Positions 12,130 through 21,600 of a stretch of 64,000 bases of DNA are shown here, piece after piece (the stretch's first letter is position 1; each line of letters opens with the position of its first letter). The translations under genes were made by a program, and so were the position numbers. The stretch spans positions 682,001 through 746,000 of the forward strand of contig NW_026782196.1 of NCBI RefSeq assembly GCF_031769215.1, written 5' to 3'. This DNA is from Ylistrum balloti (lineage: Eukaryota). The notes under the pieces were generated by a model, which ran no database searches, was not told the origin of the DNA, and saw only the letters and a list, made by a program, of their open reading frames with translations.

Positions 12130-12900
12130 CTATGTCAGAGGCCTGCAGAGCCTGTATCACCTGGCCTTGATAAAGCAAAAGAAATTCTAAAGAAAAGTCA
12201 GAAAAAGTGTTTTAAAGAATTTGCTCTATTTCACCTATTAGGCCTTTTTCAATTCTTTTCAACTTTAAGATGTTTCAAACCAACTGGGAGACAGAATCCT
12301 TACATTCCTAAAGAAGAGGAAGAATTTTAAAGAATTTGTTCTTTTTCATTATTGGGCCTTGCCCCTCATTCCCAAGGAGGCCAATAGCTACATTTTATAA
12401 CAAAAAAAAATAAAAATATTCAGTCACCTTCACCAAAGTATGTTTCAGTCTAAACTAGGACAAAATATATGCATTCCCACTAAAGAGGAAGGATTTTAAA
12501 GAATTTACTCCACTACATGTGCCTTAATGTTGCACATGTAAGAGGTCTACAGTATTTGCTGTATTTCCTTAGGGGACTGAAACCCACTGTTTATATAAAT
12601 CTTAGACCCCTTCAACAAAGGATGTTTCAGATCTTTTATGAAAAATAATTTGTGCTGGATATCTTCTTTTGAATCCTGCCCCTAGGATTCCAAGAAGTCA
12701 GACCCATCATTTATAGAAAAAAACACAACATAGTCCTCTTCACCAAATAGTGCTTCTGACCAAATTTGGTAAAAATCCACTTGATCGTTCATGACTAATA
12801 GTGATTTGTAGTACAAGTTGACAAAAGGACAACAGCCATTGTAGTATTCTATATACGTACTTGACTCTACAGTCTGGTGTCCTTATCAAGAAGAAAACTC
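12130..12900 (-). mobile_element. Degenerate non-autonomous repeat with internal tandem units (HINE/Helentron-like); similar remnants at about 10500-11170, 25150-25420 and 31300-31540
   Basis: Recurring ggaagaattttaaagaattt blocks about 150-200 bp apart, with degenerate terminal motifs. Confidence 0.4.
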
Positions 12901-13309
12901 CCTATACAATATATCACAGTCAGGTACTGTTGATTGTCACCATCATCTCATTAGTGACCTGAAAGTTGGATATTGGCACTGAAGTATGATATTTCAGAGT
13001 GCAAATAGGTACATATAACTTATGAGAAGAGTACTTCATAAGACTAAAATATTACATGTAAACTAGACTGATTACACAAATACAAACAGATAACAATGTA
13101 GAAATTTTGGACACCTAAACCACTGGGTATAATCACTATCTTCAGTATGTCTTCTTAGTATTTTGAAAATTCTTGAAATTTTAAAGCAAAATTACTTTTT
13201 TTCTGAGTATATAAACAACCGGTATACAATTTGTTGTGGAGTATTACATTTTAATCACATCAATATTTGGAATAAGAATTAGAAGCCAGACTGTGACACT
13301 AAGAACCAC

Positions 13310-15466
13310 CTATAAATCTTGGTTAAACTTTTGGTGTACTTTATCACTCCCAAAGAACGTCTCCAATACCTTGACCACCACTAGTTTGGCAGAACTAGCA
13401 AAGTTCTCATGATTATTTGACACAAATTCAACCATAGGCTCCAACTCAAAGTCCACAAAAGTCAGTGTCTGATGCTCGAACTTGTCCTTAGGTCCACTGG
13501 TAAAGCGCCCCTTGATGCTTTCTGCACTGAGGCGATGCTCCTCTGCTATCCGCTCATCCTTCAGGTCAACAAAACCACACAGACCCCACTCATGGAAATC
13601 AAACTTGAGGTATATGGTCATCAAGCAAATGGCATCCAGATCATTCCCTGTCAATTCCAGACCAATTTCCTCCATTAATCCTCGAGCCGCTGTGTTGAGT
13701 AGATTGACATATGTTTCACCTTCAATATTAACATAGTCAGGTTTGGAGACACTTTCTACAGCCCCACATGTAAAGTTACCTGGGCTTGACATGCCTTTTC
13801 TTCTAGCTCTTTGGGGAAATACAAATTTCTGTGGCTTATCTGGACCCTCATTGGTTAGAATAGCAACATGGAGCCCAAATGAATTGCTGAAGTATGGATG
13901 GACATCTCCTTTGCATGGAACTTCCTGATTCTTTTCTGAAGGAGAAAGTGACATCCAAATTTCTCGCATGCTGCGATGATGGCAATAGTCAGACTCCTTG
14001 AAATTGAGAGCAATGGTTTGTTTTTCATCTTCTCCAGGTCTTGCTAACACCAAGCCTTTCAGTGCTGATGTTGGATTGTTGTCTATCTCTCTGCTCTTGG
14101 CCATCTGTAGATATTTTTGTAGACAATCCTGGTACTGTGCTATCTCCTCTTCTGTCCACTGGATATGTGGGTCTCGATACGGTGCACCCTCTGTTTCTAT
14201 CTTACATATCAGATTGTTGTGGTCATATCCTGTTGGTCTTTTTCTGTTGGGTGATTCTAAGTACCCAAGTGTTGCATCATCTTCCCCTATATAGGAATCT
14301 GCCACAAATATATCTGTTTTCTCCATGAATCCACACGAGAAAAATTCCACTTGTGTGGGGTCAATCTGGTATGGATTTTTATCCACTGAGAAATATTCTG
14401 CCAATAGATGTCTAGCACTTTTCCTTGCTTCTGGATCATGTTGAACACATGTTTCTATAGCAGCTCGTAGAGTCCCTTCCAAAGATTTTGGTAACTTCAC
14501 AGGGTCATCGTCTGATTCATCAGATTCTGATGAAAGACATGATGATGATATGTTGGCCAAAGCTTTCACTCCAGTGAGTGTGTAAGTCATCACCAGTCCA
14601 AATGAATACATATCTCCTTGTTTGTAATCTGTGATATCATATTCCTTTTCCCCATATCTGGCAAACTCTGGGGCTCCCCATCGGATGTTTAAGTAGTACG
14701 AACTCATCCCTCGTGTTGTTGATCCTGAAGGTCTGACATATTCTGTTTCATTTGCTTCCCCCTGACTGTACCATGCAAGTCCAAAGTCTGCTACTTTCAC
14801 CAAGATTCGGCTAGGCCCCACTTCTATGAGAATGTTGTCTGGCTTCAGATCTCTGTGAACCACATCCAGAGAGTGGAGGTAGGATAATGCGCTGCATATC
14901 TGCTTTCCGACACTCCAAGTCTGACTCTCTGTTAGTCCATGTCTTTCATGTGTTTCCAAATCCCTGATGTACTGGAACAAGTTCTTGGACATGAACTCCA
15001 TTACAAGAAACATATGTTGATCTTCGTCTATCACGGAGTTTTCAGATCGTGAAATCTGGCCTAGTTCCTTTCCAGTCATATAACCCATCCCGCGATATGC
15101 CACGATGTTATCGTGACTCAAGTAACGAAGTAAGTCTGACTCCCTGAACTTAGTCTTAGCTTGTTCTTTCAGTGTTTTAACAGCCACTCTAGATCCATTC
15201 AGTTTACACTCAAAGACCATTCCAAAATGACCCTCACCGAGGAATTTTTTATCGGTCAAACTCCTTGATGTGACGCAGGCGATGGATGAAGATTTATTTG
15301 CTAGTTGAAGCAAATCTTTCACGTGGTCGTAAACTGTACTTACGGCTATTCTTACTTCTTTTACTGTTGTTTCCAGATTTTCACTTATTCCTGAAAACTT
15401 ATTCACAAGTTCATTAATCGATCGAAAACATTCTTTAAGTTGTTCTGATCGAGTGTCTGGATCCAT
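13310..15466 (-). CDS. Intronless protein kinase - atypical Nudix (NUDT22-like) fusion protein, paralog B, 718 aa from the ATG
   Basis: The ORF-track start at 15481 is a TTG; the first ATG is at 15466 (MDPDTRSEQL...). Kinase motifs: GEGHFGMV, VAVK, HRDLKPDN, DFG, RWGAPE, DMYSFG. C-terminal domain: SNSFGLHVAILT...FVFPQRAR...CGAVES...AARGLMEEIGL...DKFEHQTLTFVDF. Confidence 0.9.
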   Translation of the reverse strand: MDPDTRSEQLKECFRSINELVNKFSGISENLETTVKEVRIAVSTVYDHVKDLLQLANKSSSIACVTSRSLTDKKFLGEGHFGMVFECKLNGSRVAVKTLKEQAKTKFRESDLLRYLSHDNIVAYRGMGYMTGKELGQISRSENSVIDEDQHMFLVMEFMSKNLFQYIRDLETHERHGLTESQTWSVGKQICSALSYLHSLDVVHRDLKPDNILIEVGPSRILVKVADFGLAWYSQGEANETEYVRPSGSTTRGMSSYYLNIRWGAPEFARYGEKEYDITDYKQGDMYSFGLVMTYTLTGVKALANISSSCLSSESDESDDDPVKLPKSLEGTLRAAIETCVQHDPEARKSARHLLAEYFSVDKNPYQIDPTQVEFFSCGFMEKTDIFVADSYIGEDDATLGYLESPNRKRPTGYDHNNLICKIETEGAPYRDPHIQWTEEEIAQYQDCLQKYLQMAKSREIDNNPTSALKGLVLARPGEDEKQTIALNFKESDYCHHRSMREIWMSLSPSEKNQEVPCKGDVHPYFSNSFGLHVAILTNEGPDKPQKFVFPQRARRKGMSSPGNFTCGAVESVSKPDYVNIEGETYVNLLNTAARGLMEEIGLELTGNDLDAICLMTIYLKFDFHEWGLCGFVDLKDERIAEEHRLSAESIKGRFTSGPKDKFEHQTLTFVDFELEPMVEFVSNNHENFASSAKLVVVKVLETFFGSDKVHQKFNQDL

Positions 15467-15635
15467 GACGATCAAATTCAATTTACTCTCAAAACGAAAG
15501 TAGAAAATTCGGAACGCTTCTATATCGCGATCTTACAGTTCGGAACATATCGGATGCTTTGATAATAGTCGTATATTTTTTGACAGCTTCAGTTCAATCT
15601 GAGGTCAAGGTTAATGCACTTGCACTCGTGTTAGC
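15467..15635. promoter_or_regulatory. Bidirectional promoter shared by kinase-Nudix paralog B (-) and GBE1 (+)
   Basis: Only 169 bp separate the two divergent ATGs, and the interval is CpG-rich relative to the window. It contains an IRF-element-like AAAACGAAAGT at about 15491-15501. Confidence 0.7.
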
Positions 15636-18600
15636 ATGGCCGGTGATGGACGTAATACTTGTGATGTTCCTGAGATCGAAAAACTGTTTGACATCGATCC
15701 AAACCTGAGAAATGTCGAACAAGAAATCAGGAGAAGGTATTATTATGACGATGATTTTGATAGCTTTCAAATAGCACGTGTTAAATGAGTGACAGCGGCA
15801 TTCAGTAGCTAATTGCTTTGCACGTGTGCCGTAAGTGCATGAGGCATGTATGAGGTTATGTCGGTCTATCCACTTTGGCATGTATAAAAAAATTCAAGAA
15901 ATGATAATACAACTGCACTGCATTGAAAATATATGTTGATATATATTCATTATTATTGTAACAAACTCCTGTTGTCTCTCACTCTGAGAATATGTTGTGT
16001 GTCGAGGAAAATTTCAAATTGACATTTCTGAATAATCAGCAATTAACCCTAGTGATTAATATTGTTGATTAAATCATCCTCTTTATATAGATACATGTTC
16101 TTATACATACATATTTCCATTGCATGTTTAGTCCAGTATCCTATCACATCACTTTGGAATGACATACAATTAACCTAAGTTGGAGTTATCTGATTTTGTT
16201 CCGGATTCACTTCTTTTGAAGCTTGAGCATGGAAGGTCATTGGTTTATGTTGAAGGCCAGGAGTTTACCTTTGAATAGGTAACTGGGGTGTGAACAGGGA
16301 GGCTGGGAAAAGCAGGACACAGCAATTGCTGACTGTCAATTATATACATGTAGATTTGATAATGGTTTTTAGCTGTTACATTATGATGTATTTTATAAAA
16401 TTATTTTGACCTCTGGCCACAGTTTGTCTGTGTGACACAGTTTTTCCATGTGACACAGTTTGTCTGTGTGACACTGTTTGTCCATGTGACACAGTTTGTC
16501 CATGTGACACTGTTTGTCCATGTGACACTGTTTGTCTGTGTGACACAATTTGTCCATGTAACACTGTTCGTCTGTTTGTCCTTGTTACACTGTTTGTCCA
16601 TGTTACACTGTTTGACTGTGTGACACTGTTTGTTCATGTGACACAGTGTGTCCATGTGACACCGTCTGTGTGACACAATTTGTCCTTGTAACCCTGTTCG
16701 TCCGTTTGTCCTTGTTACACTGTTTGTCCATGTTACACTGTTTGTCTATGTGACACTGTTTGTCCATGTAACACTGTTCGTCCGTTTGTCCTTGTTACAC
16801 TGTTTGTCCATGTTACAATGTTTGACTGTGTGACACTGTTTGTCCATGTGATGCAATTTGTCCTGTGGACACTGTTTGTCCATGTGACACTGGTTGTCCG
16901 TTTGTCCATGTGACACTGTTTGTCCTTGTGACACAGTTTGTCAGTGTGACACTGTTTGTCCTTGTGACACAGTTTGTCAGTGTGACACTGTTTGTCCTTG
17001 TGACACAGTTTGTCAGTGTGACACTGTTTGTCCTTGTGACACAGTTTGTCAGTGTGACACTGTTTGTCCTTGTGACACAGTTTGTCAGTGAGACACTGTT
17101 TGTCCATGTGACACTGTCCTTGTGACACAGTTTGTCAGTGTGACACTGTTTGTCCTTGTGACACAGTTTGTCAGTGTGACACTGTCCTTGTGACACAGTT
17201 TGTCAGTGTGACACTGTTTGTCCTTGTGACACAGTTTGTCAGTGTGACACTGTTTGTCCTTGTGACACAGTTTGTCAGTGTGACACTGTTTGTCCTTGTG
17301 ACACAGTTTGTCAGTGTGACACTGTTTGTCCTTGTGACACAGTTTGTCAGTGTGACACTGTTTGTCCTTGTGACACAGTTTGTCAGTGTGACACTGTCAG
17401 TGTGACACTGTCCTTGTGACATTGTTAGTCTGTGTGACAGGATTTGTCCATGTGACACTGTCCTTGTGACACAGTTTGTCAGTGTGACACAGTTTGTCAG
17501 TGTGACACTGTCCTTGTGACACAGTTTGTCAGTGTGACACTGTTTGTCCTTGTGACACAGTTTGTCCATGTGACACAGTTTGTCCATGTGACACTGTTTG
17601 TCCTTGTGACACAGTTTGTCAGTGTGACACTGTTTGTCCTTGTGACACAGTTTGTCAGTGTGACACTGTTTGTCCTTGTGACACAGTTTGTCAGTGTGAC
17701 ACTGTTTGTCCTTGTGACACAGTTTGTCAGTGTGACACTGTTTGTCCTTGTGACACAGTTTGTCAGTGTGACACTGTTTGTCCTTGTGACACAGTTTGTC
17801 AGTGTGACACTGTTTGTCCTTGTGACACAGTTTGTCAGTGTGACACTGTTTGTCCTTGTGACACAGTTTGTCAGTGTGACACTGTTTGTCCTTGTGACAC
17901 AGTTTGTCAGTGTGACACTGTTTGTCCTTGTGACACAGTTTGTCAGTGTGACACTGTTTGTCCTTGTGACACAGTTTGTCAGTGTGACACTGTTTGTCCT
18001 TGTGACACAGTTTGTCAGTGTGACACTGTTTGTCCTTGTGACACAGTTTGTCAGTGTGACACTGTTTGTCCTTGTGACACAGTTTGTCAGTGTGACACTG
18101 TTTGTCCTTGTGACACAGTTTGTCAGTGTGACACAGTTTGTCAGTGTGACACTGTCCTTGTGACACAGTTTGTCAGTGTGACACTGTTTGTCCTTGTGAC
18201 ACAGTTTGTCAGTGTGACACTGTTTGTCCTTGTGACACAGTTTGTCAGTGTGACACTGTTTGTCCTTGTGACACAGTTTGTCAGTGTGACACTGTTTGCC
18301 CTTGTGACACAGTTTGTCAGTGTGACACTGTTTGTCCTTGTGACACAGTTTGTCAGTGTGACACTGCTAGGTTTTATTAAAGAGGCTTATAATTGCCTCT
18401 TTCTGCTTTGCAACATTGTTAAGTATAAAACAAGTATGAGAGTTTAGTTCTGGAAGTTTGGTTTGTAGCTATGTTGGATTGTGATGTAAGAGAGGGTTTT
18501 TATCCTCTATTGGTGAGAGTGATGGTGCCTGCTGCTCATATGAACAGTTACATAGGATTCTTAATACAGCAGTCAAAAACTAAGGATTGGTGTTGAATTT

Positions 18601-21600
18601 TATTTCTTGATGACTCATTCTAACATTATCTAAACACAGGTGTAGTGACAGGTGTCTGATGGTAACTTGGAAGATAAGGTGTAGTGACAGGTGTCTGATG
18701 GTAACTTGGAAGATAGGGTATAATGACAGTTGTCTGATGGTAACTTGGAAGATAGGGTGTAGTGACAGGTGTCTGATGGTGACTAGAAAGATACCTACCA
18801 AAGAACTTCTTAATATATGCTTAATAAGGAGATTTTATGTTACATCAGTGGTGTTTTTTTATGGTTATTAGGCATGCATAATTATAAAAGATATACTTCA
18901 GCATGATAGTATACAATAGTGTACAGTAATGAAAGCCTATACTATATATAGACTTCCTTTCCATGATGATGAAGTTTAATAGACACACATTTCAGCCCCA
19001 ACTCGCTTTAAAATCATGTTATTATTATTTTTAAGGTATGGATGCTTCCAGAAAATTATCAATGATATCAGCCAGTCTGAAGGAAGCTTGGAGAAATTTT
19101 CTCTGGGTTATGAGATTTTCGGAATTCACAGAACGGCAGACAATGGGATTAACATGACAGAATGGGCACCAGGAGCAGAGGGCATCTACCTAAGAGGAGA
19201 CTTCAGTCAGTAACTTAAACAATTATTAGTTTAAATTTTGTTTATAAAAGGCAGAGAAATAATTGTTACCTGTGATTTTAGGGTTTGTTGCTAAAAGTTG
19301 TAAGGTTCACTGGAAAAGTCTGTTTGATTACATTTATTTGTATAATATTTGAAATATTCAATTTTGATGTTGTGTCTGAATTTGTTTCCATGAAATGAAA
19401 TGGGGCATTTGTGGCCCAAAATCTTAACCTAAAAACTACATAGTATCGAAAGTATTTTGTATTTCTTCAATTAAGGTTAAGCATATGGCAGCTATTAGAC
19501 GAAACATATTCAAACTCAGATTTTTGTTGTAAGAATGAGTCTGTTTTAGATGACTGGAACCAGACGGAGTATCCATTTACCAAAGGAGAATTTGGAAAAT
19601 GGCATTTAACACTGCCCCCTAAACCTGATGGCTCATGTCCAATACCCCACAACAGTAAAATCAAGGTAATTAAACTTTTGTAATATAGATAGACAAAATT
19701 CAAGACAAGAAGTTTGAAAGTCCAACATCATAAGGTGTAGACACTTCATTAAGATTTTATTTTCTGTGACCTGACAACCATCCATCATTTTTTTCTTTTT
19801 ATGGAAACTGTGGATCAATCTTTCACAAATTTTGTTGTTTGTCCTTTGTCAAAATTATTAAAAGAAATAGTATATTTGTATGTTCAACAAAACATCATTT
19901 TTGATTTGGTTTCTTAAACGGTTTGCAGTGTTCAACAGTTAGAAGAATTTGTTGTTTTGACAAGTAAATATATAAAATATAAACTTTATTTATTCTAAAA
20001 ATAATTGTGAAACAAGCTATTAGCTTATATTAAATCACTCATGTCAGCCCAGATGGAAGCATAAGGGGGTCTTACTATTGGAGAAAACCACAGTACCAGG
20101 GGAATACCTGTGTGATTTGGCAGGTGACCTTTTCAAATACATTTGGGGAATAAAACCTGAGATGGCTAGGTAAAAGGTGAATGTGTTACACACTGAATCA
20201 CACGACCAACTAGCGGCCTGGTAAAATGTGGTCAACTGGACTAGTAATAGAAAATGTATGCATAGAGGACTCCTATGTAGTGTATCAGACTTTAATTCAG
20301 CCAAGTTCAGTTGTGAATATATTGTCCATACGCATTGGACATTTTGCGAAAGCTGTTACCAACAGTCAGTTTACTTAATGTTAGCACCTTCAGTCTATCA
20401 TACCTATTTACATTAATTCCTAGCTAAACAGTAAACCAGTTATAAAGGATTTCCAGTGATAGAGCTAATGTAAAAACATGGCAGAGAGGGTTATATTTTG
20501 GGACAAATTAGGGGATATTTTAATTAAACAAAAAACACACATAACATATAGAAATACTTGCTAAATATCAATTTAATTACTGTTTTCTTTCAAATCGGAT
20601 GTCTCATGACCACGGTCTTTGTTTTTCTTTAGTTGTTTGATAAAAAGAAATTTTATTTTTGGCTGAGCCATTGTCATTAGGGAAACTTGGACGTCCCCAT
20701 TTCACTAAGAGATAACCTGTAACACTGAAATGCTGTTACAGTACCACAGTATGCAATCATAGTTAAAGAAACGCTTTTTCCATCTTAGTTTTTACAAACT
20801 TACAAGTTGACATTTTGTTGTTTTACACAACAATGTCACACAAAAGGAATGCATAATAACCAATTGATAGCTAGACAGTTGACATCAGAGGTACATGAAA
20901 TTACATGAAAAGGTATACTTGTTATATGTATTAGTTGCCAGTGAAAGATAACTTATCTGTTGGCAAATTCTACTCATCAGGATGAGTGCTTTTGCCAGGT
21001 CTTGCTTTACTTTTCAAATTTCTCGGAAGTTATGGAGGACCTTTCCAAAAAAAAATTCTAGGTATGTCTTAGGTGCCTTATTAGAAATGAAGTTTCACAC
21101 CTTTATATTTGATAATGATTGTAGGAACTAGATAACTAACACAGGGACCATCTTGGATTTAGATTTTTAAACTAAGGAAAGAATCATCACAAAACATTAT
21201 AGACAAGTAAAGGATTCCCAATGGTTCCTGCTACTGTTTGAACTTCGTTAATTATCACAAACTACCAAAAATTACCATTTGGAATTTAGGAAAATTCTTT
21301 ACATATCAGAAATCTAGATTAAAACCTTCATACTAAGAAGGTACCATTATAAATGTCAGGAAAGGAAAAATTCAGGAGAAAGAAAAGAAAGTATGACTTT
21401 TATTTAGAACAGAAATTAGATCTTAAGTGTTAGGTGTCCTAATTCCTTATAGGCTGGTTTCATTCTACTCTAACTTTCTGTTCTACTCTACACTATAAAA
21501 CTGTTGTGTAAATTTTTGTTGACAGCTAGTGATTCGTACCAAGTCTGGAGAACTTGTGGACCGCCTTAGTCCATGGGCCAACTATGTTGTGAGACAGGAA

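Noticed and set aside
13472-14328. Plus-strand ORFs overlapping kinase paralog B (similarly 5337-5555 and 6470-6804 in paralog A)
   Set aside because: Short antisense shadows of a real coding strand, with no recognisable motifs.
4425-15466. Interpretation as a bacterial contaminant or prokaryotic defence operon
   Set aside because: The genes are embedded among metazoan LINE/SINE repeats and share a promoter region with a spliced GBE1 gene. Only an ancient transfer of the Nudix domain remains possible.
16376-18447. Long Cys/His-rich ORFs (for example 331 aa [12 protein letters not shown] repeats) suggesting a metal-binding protein
   Set aside because: They are translations of a 36-bp satellite that is stop-free in several frames on both strands, inside GBE1 intron 1.
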